A program made the translations under genes and the position numbers. Below the pieces are notes generated by a model, which did no database searches, was not told the origin of the DNA, and saw nothing but the letters and a program-made list of their open reading frames with translations. Positions 7,954 through 16,847 of a stretch of 64,000 nt of DNA are shown here, in pieces (within the stretch, counting starts at the first letter, position 1; each line of letters opens with the position of its first letter). Source of the DNA: a virus; IMG/VR virus record IMGVR_UViG_3300045934_000106, positions 3,919 to 67,918 of that record. One strand, 5' to 3'.

Positions 7954-8555
7954 GAGGCAAACGCCTTTCGTTGGGCTTCACGCCTCGACATGCCTTTCGC
8001 AATCAGCTCATTCATGCGGGCGGTGCGTTCCTGCTGACCCCATGGGTCAGGGTTTTGATGACGGCGCCGTCGGGAAACCCCCTTCTCTGAAGGGGGTATG
8101 GGGGTAGTACCTGATCCGCAGATCGCAGACGAAGACGAAGAGCTTTTTTTGGGTTCTGGTTTGGGTTTCGCCAAAGGAAACCCAGAAATAACGCCTGGGT
8201 TTTTCCGAGGCCGTCCACCGAGCGCCCCGTTCTTCCTTTGTTTTCTACGAAATAGCGTCTGCTTCCGTCGCTCAATTTCCATGCGACGGTTTCTGTACTC
8301 TCCGTTGGAGTTTTCAAACTTGTGCTTAATGCGTGACCAGACGGACACCGCGAGTGCACCATCTGGGATCATCATTAGACGAGCTATAAGCTCATCGTCA
8401 TCGCCAGGGAGAAAGCCGCGATCCCACTGCTGAAACAGCATGGTCCAGTAGGCGCCGCGCTCTTCCAGTGTCATCGTCAGCATGCCCGTCAATGCGTCCT
8501 TGGCGTAGAGTTGGAACGCCGGCGGCTTCCCTTTTTTCTTCCGCTTCTTCGCCAA
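7950..8555 (-). CDS. YdaU/DUF1376-family phage replication protein
   Basis: PAFQLYAKD...MTLEERGAYWTML...WDRGFLP...NRRMEIE...NGALGGRPRK. Confidence 0.82.
   Translation of the reverse strand: MAKKRKKKGKPPAFQLYAKDALTGMLTMTLEERGAYWTMLFQQWDRGFLPGDDDELIARLMMIPDGALAVSVWSRIKHKFENSNGEYRNRRMEIERRKQTLFRRKQRKNGALGGRPRKNPGVISGFPLAKPKPEPKKSSSSSSAICGSGTTPIPPSEKGVSRRRRHQNPDPWGQQERTARMNELIAKGMSRREAQRKAFAS
8145..8206. repeat. TGGGTT/AACCCA repeats, possible replication-origin iterons inside the initiator gene
   Basis: Several TGGGTT(T) copies plus an inverted AAACCCA in an AT-richer stretch; position analogous to the lambda O origin. Confidence 0.35.
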
Positions 8556-8825
8556 CGTGTGTGTCGTCCTTATGAGTTAGGTGCGACTGCCGTGAGCACG
8601 CGCCGTCGCCGCGCGTCTTACTGTCTAGTTGGCCGCCACTACCTCGAACCGGGCTCACGTCGCTGATCACGAACTCGCTTCATCGACCCCCCACTGACCA
8701 GCGTGCAGGGGCTTCCGCCGATTACTGGCCGCCGCGCGAATCTCAATCGAGCCGGTTTCTCTCCCACCGGCAAAGTCACGCCTCGCTCGCCCGGCGTTCA
8801 GCAGCGCGCGTGGTGTCTTCTAGTA

Positions 8826-8978
8826 CTAGGTGCCGGCGCCGACCTCGGCGGCCTGCTCCTGCGTGGCGCCATCACCCTGATCGGATGTGGCCGGCGTGGC
8901 GTCGGTGGTCGCGGGCGGTGCCGTGGTGTTCTGCGGCTCGCTCGTCTCAGTGATCGTGTTGCTCTGTTCGTCGTTCAT
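8826..8978 (-). CDS. small acidic, low-complexity protein (50 aa)
   Basis: GGAGG RBS; MNDEQSNTITETSEPQ... Confidence 0.5.
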   Translation of the reverse strand: MNDEQSNTITETSEPQNTTAPPATTDATPATSDQGDGATQEQAAEVGAGT

Positions 8979-9420
8979 ACGGGGGCGTCCTCCGTGCTAC
9001 GTCTCCGCGTTCATCGCGAAGCCGATGTTCATGTGACTGGTTGGCGTTCCCGAACCGGCGCTCCGTGTGCGAGGCGAGCGCGGTCCACTTGAACGCGAGC
9101 GGTTTATTGGCGTCGGTGCCGATGATGGCGATGCGCTTGTTCTTGAGCAGCCCATTGCAATCGCGGCACACGTGCGTCACGTTGGCCGACGTGTGCTTCA
9201 CAGCGCGTTTCGCCGTCGAGCGCGGCTGCATATGGTCGTGCGTGCAGCCGCCGCCGAGTTCGCAGCGCCGGCCGCAACAGCGACAGGTGCGCGTGCCGTC
9301 CCGCAGATCGACGACGGCGTAGGTCGCGCGCATCTCGCGGTCCTCGTCACGCTTCCGCTGCCGCTTAGTGAAGTGCAGCCGGACCGGTTTCGGACAGGCC
9401 ACACTGCCTTTGCCGGGCAT
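8947..9420 (-). CDS. HNH endonuclease (free-standing)
   Basis: RDGTRTCRCCG...THDHMQPRS...NVTHVCRDCN. Confidence 0.75.
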   Translation of the reverse strand: MPGKGSVACPKPVRLHFTKRQRKRDEDREMRATYAVVDLRDGTRTCRCCGRRCELGGGCTHDHMQPRSTAKRAVKHTSANVTHVCRDCNGLLKNKRIAIIGTDANKPLAFKWTALASHTERRFGNANQSHEHRLRDERGDVARRTPPYERRTEQHDH

Positions 9421-9687
9421 CTACCTGGCGCCTCCCGATTCGATCGCCGCCCACTGACTGGCGGGGATCGCCTCGACGATGCAGGTCTCACACTCGTCGG
9501 CGATGATCGGGCGCACGCGGATCGTGTTGCCGCGGTTGCGCTCCCAGAGGTCGAAGTGGCCGAGGTCGCGCAGCTCGTCGTAGTGCTTGCGACAGGTCGT
9601 CTGGTCGAACACGGTCCGCCCGTGCTTCACGTAGGCGACGTAGATAAACGGGGTGTCCGGGGTGATCCGGGATTCGTCGACGGCCAT
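9421..9687 (-). CDS. hypothetical protein
   Basis: GGAGG RBS; abuts both neighbours. Confidence 0.65.
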   Translation of the reverse strand: MAVDESRITPDTPFIYVAYVKHGRTVFDQTTCRKHYDELRDLGHFDLWERNRGNTIRVRPIIADECETCIVEAIPASQWAAIESGGAR

Positions 9688-10620
9688 TTACGTCCTCCGG
9701 CCTTTGGCGCCAACGCTGCCCTCGTCGAAGAACTGCACGCCGGGGATCTTGATGGTGTCTTTGTCGGCCTTCGCCCGCGCACGCAGATACACGTCGTGCG
9801 GCAGTAGCGCCTCGTGGCTCACCTTCCCCTCCGCGACGGCCTTAATGAGCGCCATCTTGTCGGTGACACGGAACGTCCACTTTTCCGCCCCCCGATTCTT
9901 CGTGGGGCCGGCCTCGGCGAGCGCGGACGACTGGTGATGGATGACCGGTGCCGGCGCGGTCGCGGCGTCGAGGGCGAGCTGCTGCGCCTGCGCCTGTGTC
10001 TCCTGGGCCTGCGCTTCGAGTTCGAGCGCGGCGTCGCGCGTGTCCGCGCGCATCGCCTCCGCCTCGAGTCGCGCGGCCTCCGCGGCGGCGGCCTCGGCTT
10101 CCTTCTTCAGCCGCTCGCGTTCGCGCTCCTGCGCCTCGCGTTCGAGCCGCGCCTGTTCCTCGGCGGCTTTCCGTTCCTCGGCCGTCTTGAACGCGTACCA
10201 GCGCTTCCCAAGGATCTCCAGCGCGGCCTTGATCGGATCGAGATATGACTTCCGCTTTTTTGTCAGCCCATCCCAGGCGGCGTGGGCGCGTTTGATGTCG
10301 TCCTCGAAGAACCCTTCGATGGCTTTGGCTTGCGCCTTCAGCGACGCGATGACCTCGTCCGCTTGCGCGAATGATTTGGCGTCCACGACCTGCAGCGCTT
10401 GCGCGGCAGCGACGATCCGGTCCGCCCGGTGCGCGAGTTCCTCTTCGCGCGTCTGCACGTGCGGCGTGAGTGCTGATGGCATGTCCACCACGACCCCACT
10501 GACCACGGGTGGCGGCGGGTCGGGCGGTTCCGGCGGGTCGAGCACCGCCGTCGGGGCCGGCGGCTCGGGCGGATCCCAGGTGTTTGGATCCCAGGTTGGT
10601 TCAGGCGGCTCGAAGTTCAT
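9688..10620 (-). CDS. coiled-coil phage protein of the recombination module
   Basis: Pro-rich N-terminus, long E/A/R coiled coil, C-terminal KWTFRVTD...IPGVQFF. Confidence 0.75.
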   Translation of the reverse strand: MNFEPPEPTWDPNTWDPPEPPAPTAVLDPPEPPDPPPPVVSGVVVDMPSALTPHVQTREEELAHRADRIVAAAQALQVVDAKSFAQADEVIASLKAQAKAIEGFFEDDIKRAHAAWDGLTKKRKSYLDPIKAALEILGKRWYAFKTAEERKAAEEQARLEREAQERERERLKKEAEAAAAEAARLEAEAMRADTRDAALELEAQAQETQAQAQQLALDAATAPAPVIHHQSSALAEAGPTKNRGAEKWTFRVTDKMALIKAVAEGKVSHEALLPHDVYLRARAKADKDTIKIPGVQFFDEGSVGAKGRRT

Positions 10621-11290
10621 GGGACCTCCAGGTGTGGCCCATCGCGGCGTGTGACCACGTCACATCCAGGGCGGCACGGAAGATGCGGAAATCGCGCGGG
10701 TTGGTGAACTCGTGCACCGTGTAGGGAATGCGGCGCTCTGGGTGGAGCACGACAGACCACCGGCCGAGCACTTCGCTGTTGCCGGTCTCGTCGCGATAGA
10801 GATCGAGATAGCCGGCGAGCTGCAGTTCCACGCCGGTCTGGTCGCCCGTCTTGAGGTCGAGTACGACCTTGCCGCGGCGCCGGCCGAGATCGACGAGGGC
10901 GATACGATCGAGCGTGCCGGCGTACTTCAAGCGGCTGTGCACGCGCCGCTTCTCCATCTCTAGGATCTCGACCTTGCGCGCCAGCTTGAACGCGCGCCAG
11001 GCGAGCACGTAGGGCCAGATCGCCGTGCTGACGGTCGCGTCGTCCAGCGTGCCCTCGTCGTCGTAGTGCGTGGCCAGGTGGACGGCGGTGCCGCGCTGTC
11101 GGGCGTACTCAAGGTGATCGGGCCGGACGTATTCGGTGATGTGCTGCCAGAGCCCGGTCTTGGGGTCTTGCCTCCAGCTCCGATACCGGTTGAACTCCAG
11201 GTTCTGCGTGACCGACGGGATCACTTCGCCGTTGAAGCGATATTCGTGATTCAGCTCACCGAAGAACAGGCCGGGGGCGGTGGCGATCAT
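10601..11290 (-). CDS. PD-(D/E)XK (Cas4/RecB-like) exonuclease
   Basis: HEY...PSVTQ, RGTAVH, YAGTLDRI, VLDLKTG, QLAGY. Confidence 0.85.
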   Translation of the reverse strand: MIATAPGLFFGELNHEYRFNGEVIPSVTQNLEFNRYRSWRQDPKTGLWQHITEYVRPDHLEYARQRGTAVHLATHYDDEGTLDDATVSTAIWPYVLAWRAFKLARKVEILEMEKRRVHSRLKYAGTLDRIALVDLGRRRGKVVLDLKTGDQTGVELQLAGYLDLYRDETGNSEVLGRWSVVLHPERRIPYTVHEFTNPRDFRIFRAALDVTWSHAAMGHTWRSHELRAA

Positions 11291-11378
11291 GACGCTTGTC
11301 CCCGCTTGCCGACATGGCAGATGGACCACGCGAAGGCCGCGAACGCGAGCCAGATCAGGACGGCCACGATGAGGACCC

Positions 11379-11693
11379 TCACCAGCCACCTCCCTGCGCT
11401 TCGTGCAAGCCCTCGCGGCGGCCGTCGGCGAACGCATCGCGCGCGTCGCGCTGCGCGCCCCGTTGCTCCTCGAACAGCTCTTTGCGGTGCCTCGCGGCCG
11501 TGACGGCGCGGTGTCTCAGCACGTAGGCGACACCGTCGAGCGCGTCGCAGAACTGCGCGAGTGTGAAGGCGCGCTCCCCGTAGGCGAAGGACGTCGCCGT
11601 CACGAGCGCGCCGAGTGACGCCATCCACTGGCAGCGCGCGCAGAGGGTGTCACCGGCCAGGATGTAGCCGCCGCAGTGCGTGCAGCGCGTCAC
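11379..11693 (-). CDS. hypothetical protein with N-terminal zinc ribbon
   Basis: CTHCGG...LCARC. Confidence 0.6.
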   Translation of the reverse strand: MTRCTHCGGYILAGDTLCARCQWMASLGALVTATSFAYGERAFTLAQFCDALDGVAYVLRHRAVTAARHRKELFEEQRGAQRDARDAFADGRREGLHEAQGGGW

Positions 11694-12859
11694 AGCCGCA
11701 CCAGTTCGGAGTATTCGGCCATGCCGGATCCGTCCTTCGGCTTGGCGAGGATCTCGACCGGGACCTTCTTGTCGCGGAACTCTTTCGCCTGGATGACGCG
11801 GGCGTCCACGTCATCCCAGGCGTAGTAGACGTTGTCCAAATCGTCGACGACGAGCGCGAAGTAGCGACGGCGCAGCGCATGCGCGGCAACGTACTCCTCG
11901 CTCTTGCCGCGCGTGCCATTCGACTCCATCTTCTCGACGGTCTTGATGTAGCGCGCGTTGACCGCTGGCTCGGGCGGCGTGGGCGGTTCGGGGATGCCGG
12001 CGGGCGGTTCTCCCTTACGCTGCGGCATCTGGATCTCGGCCTGCGCCTCGATCACTTCGGCGTCGTCAATCGGCGTGGCCGTCTCGGTCTCGCTGGCCAG
12101 TAAGCCCAGATCCTGCGGCAATGCCACTTCGGCGCGATCGTCGAGCGAGAGCGCCCGCTGTGTCTCGACCGACGTCGGCAGCAGCTTGCACAGCTGCTTG
12201 AGCGCCGTCTTCTTGAACATCCACTCGCGATCGGTGTCCCACGGTGACGAGCGCTTGGCCTTCACCGAAGCGGAGCGCGCCTTGATCTTCTCGACCTCGC
12301 GCGCGGTCATCACGACGATCTGGAAACTGCCGTCCTTTAACCGCGCTGCCGCCCACACGTGCGTGATCGGGCCCGGGTCTTCTTGTCCGTCGTACGGGAC
12401 GTGCTCCAGCATCGGCGACGTGCCACGCGAGTAGCGGAATTGGTCCTTGGCGTGCACGACCTCGGCGTCAATCGTCGACAGGTCCCCGGAACGACGGACC
12501 AGCGTCACCAGCCCGCGATAGCCGGGGATGAACTGCACCTCTTTGCGGTCCTTCTTGCTGTTCCAGAACGGCACGAGGTACGCCTGACCGAGGACGCCAT
12601 CGGGCACGAGCCCCAGCTGCGCGGCCTGGAACACGGCGCCCAAGAGCGTGATGTGGTCACACTCGAGGAGTTCTGGGTTGCGCTGCACCGCCGTGAGGAC
12701 GACGCGGATCATGTAGCTGACCGGAATGCCCTGCGGCAGGGCGGTCGCCAGGCTCTTCTCGGCCTGCTGCAGGAGGGTCCGGACGTTGGTGAACCGGTCC
12801 CTGGCCAGCGCCTGTTGAGGCTGCACCGGAACCGGCGCAGGAGTCGTTACGGTCGCCAT
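11690..12859 (-). CDS. recT: RecT-family single-strand annealing recombinase
   Basis: AAQLGLVPDGVLGQAYLVPF, QFIPGYRGL, PWDTDREWMFKKTALKQLCKLLP; GGAGG RBS. Confidence 0.93.
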   Translation of the reverse strand: MATVTTPAPVPVQPQQALARDRFTNVRTLLQQAEKSLATALPQGIPVSYMIRVVLTAVQRNPELLECDHITLLGAVFQAAQLGLVPDGVLGQAYLVPFWNSKKDRKEVQFIPGYRGLVTLVRRSGDLSTIDAEVVHAKDQFRYSRGTSPMLEHVPYDGQEDPGPITHVWAAARLKDGSFQIVVMTAREVEKIKARSASVKAKRSSPWDTDREWMFKKTALKQLCKLLPTSVETQRALSLDDRAEVALPQDLGLLASETETATPIDDAEVIEAQAEIQMPQRKGEPPAGIPEPPTPPEPAVNARYIKTVEKMESNGTRGKSEEYVAAHALRRRYFALVVDDLDNVYYAWDDVDARVIQAKEFRDKKVPVEILAKPKDGSGMAEYSELVRL

Positions 12860-12926
12860 GGCAGGACCTCCACTTGTCGGACGTGAGTGAAATCGGGGAT
12901 AATCATGGGCACTCGTCTCCATCTCA

Positions 12927-12962
12927 ACGCCTGCGGCCTAGCCACCGCAGGCGTCTGTTTTT
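12927..12962 (+). terminator. GC hairpin with T-tract, antisense to the operon
   Basis: ACGCCTGCGG/CCGCAGGCGT stem followed by CTGTTTTT on the + strand. Confidence 0.5.
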
Positions 12963-12966
12963 GGGG

Positions 12967-13698
12967 TTAGCCTTCCGCGACGGCGGTTGGCGCTTCCTTC
13001 TCACGCAGCAGGCGCGCGCGCTCTTCCGCGATCAGATTGCTGGTGGCCTCGGCCGGCGGCTCCACGGCCGGCGGCTCCGCCGCCTTGGCCGCCCGTGCGG
13101 CGTCCTCGATCAGGCGCTTTTCTTCGGCGAGCCGTGCGGCCGCTTGACCGCGCTCGATGTTCACGCGCTCCCACCGCTCGTCGCGTTGCGCGGTCGTCTC
13201 GTAATGCAGCGCGCGAATGTAGTCGACCGACCGGGTGTCCTTGCCGCAGTGCTCGCACACCGTGTCGCCCGCGATGTGATAGACGATCTGCTCCTTCGTG
13301 GTGGCCTCGTCGATCAGATGCTCGACGATCTCGTCCTTGATGTCCGCCCACGCACAGCGGAACAGAAACTCCGCATTTGACCTCATCGCCAGGACGGCCA
13401 CGTTGGTGTTCGGCAGGCGATACGTCGTGCCCGCGTACTTCCCGAAGACGACCACATCGCCGACTTCCACTTCGACCGGCAGCACCTGCCGCCGCTCGGC
13501 GTCATAGAGCCCCGGGCCAATGGCGAGGACGATGCCCATGTGGCTCACCTCCTTGGCCTCATCGGGGATCTCGATGCCGCCCGCGGTGCGGGTGGCGTCG
13601 ACAAACCGGAGCACCGAGATGATGTCGTTGCGCGCCTGCCAGCGCGTCACGCGCGTCGTCGTCTGGAAATCCTTCAGGTGTTCATGGACGGAAAACAT
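12967..13698 (-). CDS. groES: GroES-like co-chaperonin with C-terminal extension
   Basis: RTAGGIEIPDEAKE...GIVLAIGPG...VEVGDVVVFGKYAGT. Confidence 0.85.
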   Translation of the reverse strand: MFSVHEHLKDFQTTTRVTRWQARNDIISVLRFVDATRTAGGIEIPDEAKEVSHMGIVLAIGPGLYDAERRQVLPVEVEVGDVVVFGKYAGTTYRLPNTNVAVLAMRSNAEFLFRCAWADIKDEIVEHLIDEATTKEQIVYHIAGDTVCEHCGKDTRSVDYIRALHYETTAQRDERWERVNIERGQAAARLAEEKRLIEDAARAAKAAEPPAVEPPAEATSNLIAEERARLLREKEAPTAVAEG

Positions 13699-13712
13699 GC
13701 GGCTCCTTTGTC

Positions 13713-14096
13713 TTAGTTGGTGCGACCGTTGGCGCTCCGCGGCAGTCGCGTGCCGTGTGGCGCGTCAATCTTGGCGGTGATGTCCCCGTTCGCCTTCTTC
13801 GCGACGGCGACGCCCAGCTGCAGCGTGACGGCGATGTCGAACACTTGCGACGCGGGGGTGACGATCAGTTGATTCTCCCGATACCCGTGCTCCAGCAGCG
13901 TCGCCAGGTACGAGCACGTGAGCAGGTTGCGCTGATTCTCCGAGTGCTGCAGACGCACCAGCAGCGCCTTCAGGTGATCGAGGTGTGCCATCTTCCGGCT
14001 CGTGCCGGTGACGATCGCGAGGGCCTCCTGAAACGCCTCCTGAAACGGATCCGATGGGGCGTTGGGGCTCGTGGCGGCGTTCTGATCCTGATCCAT
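13713..14096 (-). CDS. hypothetical protein
   Basis: GAGG RBS; 127-aa ORF. Confidence 0.7.
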   Translation of the reverse strand: MDQDQNAATSPNAPSDPFQEAFQEALAIVTGTSRKMAHLDHLKALLVRLQHSENQRNLLTCSYLATLLEHGYRENQLIVTPASQVFDIAVTLQLGVAVAKKANGDITAKIDAPHGTRLPRSANGRTN

Positions 14097-14433
14097 GGGT
14101 ACGTCCTCGTCGCTTCCTCACGCCGGCCAGCCGGCCAATTTTCTGCACCGTGCTCTTACTCAGCTGGTGCCGCCGAATCACGAACACTTGCGTTTCCGTC
14201 TGCAGGTCGCGCACGATCGCGGCCCACCGCTCGGGGCTCATCGACTTGACGATGCTGTACGGCCGTGGCACCGATGTCGCCACACGCGCCGTCGACTTCA
14301 CTCCCTGCACCCCTGGCGTCCACACGTCGGTGTGGATCACCACGTCGCGTCGCTGCGCTTGCAACGCCGCGGCCTCGTCTAACGTCGCCACCCGGCGACT
14401 GCAGCCATCTGGAAAGACGGCCAGGATGACCAC
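13765..14433 (-). CDS. hypothetical protein with a possible HTH; 3' part overlaps the next gene
   Basis: ...RHQLSKSTVQKIGRLAGV; true 3' end uncertain. Confidence 0.4.
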   Translation of the reverse strand: MVILAVFPDGCSRRVATLDEAAALQAQRRDVVIHTDVWTPGVQGVKSTARVATSVPRPYSIVKSMSPERWAAIVRDLQTETQVFVIRRHQLSKSTVQKIGRLAGVRKRRGRTHGSGSERRHEPQRPIGSVSGGVSGGPRDRHRHEPEDGTPRSPEGAAGASAALGESAQPAHVLVPGDAAGARVSGESTDRHPRVASVRHRRHAAAGRRRREEGERGHHRQD

Positions 14434-14832
14434 CTACGCCCGCCTCCGCTCCGCCGCGACACTGCGCAGCGCCGCCTTCGCCGCCCGCGATCGAACCGCT
14501 CGCAAGCGCATCGTCGCGACCACGCGCTTCACCGCCACGAGCACGTCCGCATCAATCTCCGCCGCGGAGATGAACCGCACGCGAAACCCGCGCGCCCGTC
14601 CGTAGCGCCGGAGGAAGTTCTTGAGCAGGTCGTCGTCGAGCGCATCGAGCCGATCGACACCGAACGCCTGTGACCCTCCCCGCATCTTCGAGAGCGTCTG
14701 TTCACTCACGCCGAGGTCGATCGCGACGACCTTCGCTTGTCCGTGCTGCGCCAGGGCGTCGTCCAGGCACCGCAACGCGACCGAGTTGCCGTTAGTTGCC
14801 GCCGCCTGGTTCGACTTGCTGTCCGTTGCCAT
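14434..14832 (-). CDS. HTH regulator (cII-like position)
   Basis: AKVVAIDLGVSEQTLSKMRGG; lies downstream of the cro-like gene. Confidence 0.65.
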   Translation of the reverse strand: MATDSKSNQAAATNGNSVALRCLDDALAQHGQAKVVAIDLGVSEQTLSKMRGGSQAFGVDRLDALDDDLLKNFLRRYGRARGFRVRFISAAEIDADVLVAVKRVVATMRLRAVRSRAAKAALRSVAAERRRA

Positions 14833-14890
14833 CGCCCCACCTATCTGCACGTCAGGGGAAACGTGAGGAAACGCATTTCCGTGGTCTTGC

Positions 14891-15325
14891 CTACGCACTC
14901 CGTTCGAGACTGTCGACATGTCGACACACGCGCATGTCTTGCGTGACGCGCACGCCGAATACCTTGCCGCCGTCGATCACGAGGTCGACGTGTTGGCGAC
15001 GCACGAGCCATCGCCGGCCGGTCCAACCACGGGGGAGTCCATGACGTTTCACGAACTTGCGCGCCGCTTCGGTGGCGCGTTGGCCGCGAAAGCGCAGCAG
15101 CGCCGCGAGGTCCGCCGAGCACAGATAGACCCCCGCGTGGAGCTGCAGTTGCGTTTGCGTCAGGTGCGTCGGCTCGAGACCCGCTTGCGCGCGGCGACGG
15201 CGGCGCTCCACGGTTTGGCGGAGCCGCGCCGGGTCCGTCAGATCGGCCGCCTGCAGTGGCGGCTTCGGCGGGCGCTGGCGGCCGCTGAGGGCGTGACGAG
15301 TCGGCTGTACGAGTGAGCGCGCCAT
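14891..15325 (-). CDS. excisionase-like winged-HTH protein (start uncertain)
   Basis: YLCSADLAALLRF...ARKFVKRHGLP...GRRWLVRRQHVD. Confidence 0.5.
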   Translation of the reverse strand: MARSLVQPTRHALSGRQRPPKPPLQAADLTDPARLRQTVERRRRRAQAGLEPTHLTQTQLQLHAGVYLCSADLAALLRFRGQRATEAARKFVKRHGLPRGWTGRRWLVRRQHVDLVIDGGKVFGVRVTQDMRVCRHVDSLERSA

Positions 15326-15496
15326 GTCAGACACCCGTTGTCCTGATCCGAGGTGCCACACGGTGCTCGACGCGATTGTGTTGAGCGAGGACCTGCGCGA
15401 CGCGCCGATCCCGCCCCGCATCACGGCGGCCGCGCAGCGCGTGCGCGCGGCACGTGTGGCCCTGATTGAGGCCATCCGCGAGTTGCGCGCGGCGTG

Positions 15497-15718
15497 TCAC
15501 GACGGGACCACCTCGTCGTGAGTCGTCGCTTCGATGGCTGCGGCGATGTCGTCGCTGCCAACGTTGAGCGCCCGCGCCAGCGCCCGAACGGTGATGTAGG
15601 TGGGCTTACGGATCTTGCCGAGTTCGAGCTGGCTGATGGTGGTCTGCTCGATGTCGGCGAGCCGAGCCAGCCGGACCTGACTGAGCCCAGCGGCTTCGCG
15701 AAGTTGGCGTAATGTCAC
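15497..15718 (-). CDS. Cro-like XRE HTH regulator, leaderless
   Basis: LRQLREAAGLSQVRLARLADIEQTTISQLELGKIRKP; GTG 6 nt after the -10 box. Confidence 0.85.
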   Translation of the reverse strand: MTLRQLREAAGLSQVRLARLADIEQTTISQLELGKIRKPTYITVRALARALNVGSDDIAAAIEATTHDEVVPS

Positions 15719-15724
15719 GCGCCC

Positions 15725-15841
15725 AATATAGAAATAAACTCCACGCCAGTCAAGGACAAAATTTCTATATGTGGACAAATGGTCGGTAAATGATTGGGTA
15801 GGCTAAAGTTGCGTGCTCAGCAAGGAGTTATTCCCTACAAT
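15725..15841. promoter_or_regulatory. lysis/lysogeny divergent promoter region
   Basis: Leftward TTGACT(15753-15748)-N17-TATATT(15730-15725); rightward TACAAT at 15836-15841; inverted repeat ATATAGAAAT (15726-15735) / ATTTCTATAT (15761-15770). Confidence 0.8.
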
Positions 15842-15847
15842 GCCGAC

Positions 15848-16252
15848 GTGACGCCAACTGAACTTTGGCGCTCAGTCGGAGAGATCCTGGCGGGGCACCG
15901 GATACGCCGCGAGTGGAATCACAGCGATGTCGAACGACATGGCGGGCCGACGTACAAGACGGTGCAGCAGATCGAGCGGGGCAAGATCGGGACCGTGACC
16001 AACCTCGCGAGGCACTGCGAGGCAATGGGGTTGTCGGTGGTCGACGTGCTGCGCGCGGCCCTGGATCGCACCGCGCAACCGCTCAGCCCGGAGGCCGTGC
16101 AGGTCGTGCGGAAGTTCGAGCGGACCACAGTGGAGGGGCGGCAGGCACTGCTCTTCCTGGCGCGGGCGTTGCCGGAGGCGAAGCCAGAGCCGTCAACGCC
16201 GCATCCACCGCCTGACGTCCTTCCGGGGAAAGGGCCTCGTAACACGCGATAA
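15848..16252 (+). CDS. CI-like repressor (HTH), probably leaderless
   Basis: GEILAGHRIRREWNHSDVERHGGPTYKTVQQIERG; divergent from cro and upstream of the integrase. Confidence 0.78.
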   Translation: MTPTELWRSVGEILAGHRIRREWNHSDVERHGGPTYKTVQQIERGKIGTVTNLARHCEAMGLSVVDVLRAALDRTAQPLSPEAVQVVRKFERTTVEGRQALLFLARALPEAKPEPSTPHPPPDVLPGKGPRNTR

Positions 16253-16301
16253 GCCACTGTTGTTTCTGGATCGAGATGGGGGAGCGACGGCGGTAGGTCA
16301 T
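16083..16301 (-). CDS. small antisense ORF resembling the repressor C-terminal helices
   Basis: WLIACYEALSPEGRQAVDAALTAL compared with the repressor LSPEAVQVVRKFERTTVEGRQALLFLARAL. Confidence 0.4.
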   Translation of the reverse strand: MTYRRRSPISIQKQQWLIACYEALSPEGRQAVDAALTALASPPATPAPGRAVPAAPPLWSARTSARPARPPG

Positions 16302-16400
16302 ACGAGTTGCGATGGAACGAAACGGATGAGTTGTAAGAAGTTTACACTACTCCGGGTAGGGTAATTTTCGTACAACGCGCGGCGCGCGACAAAAAAACAC

Positions 16401-16847
16401 ATGGGCCGACTCGCACGGTCTACTTGTCGACACTTCTGCACGCTGGCGATGGTCGCCGCGCTCGCGTCGACGGTGCGTGCGCAGATCCAGGAAGTCCCCC
16501 CGCCCGCCAAGGTCTATCTCTGGCTCGACCATGGCGACGCCCCCGCGGCGGTCGAGGTGGTGCGGGTCGCGCAAGACGCGCTCCGCCGCTCGCGTCAGGC
16601 GCCGCTCGTCCGGACGCGGGACGAGAGTGACCTGATCGCGACGATCGTGGCGACGACACGCGGCGACGGTGGGGTCCTCCTGGCGGTCGCCTTTGTCGTC
16701 AACACGACGCCCTTGCCTGCGTTCGTGGACCTCCTAGTGGTCGACGTCGCCCCGGACGAGATCGCCGCGCGCGGGCGGTATCTCGCCGAGGAGACCGAGG
16801 CCGTCGTCCGCGAGTTTCACGCCCTCATCCGCACGCGCCGGCGGTGA
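16401..16847 (+). CDS. exported hypothetical protein (possible lysogen-expressed moron)
   Basis: Signal-peptide-like FCTLAMVAALASTVRA|QIQ; stop overlaps the integrase start. Confidence 0.6.
   Translation: MGRLARSTCRHFCTLAMVAALASTVRAQIQEVPPPAKVYLWLDHGDAPAAVEVVRVAQDALRRSRQAPLVRTRDESDLIATIVATTRGDGGVLLAVAFVVNTTPLPAFVDLLVVDVAPDEIAARGRYLAEETEAVVREFHALIRTRRR

Noticed and set aside
10601-11290. cas4 as part of a CRISPR system
   Set aside because: A standalone PD-(D/E)XK nuclease beside recT, lacking the Cas4 Fe-S cysteines; a typical recombination module
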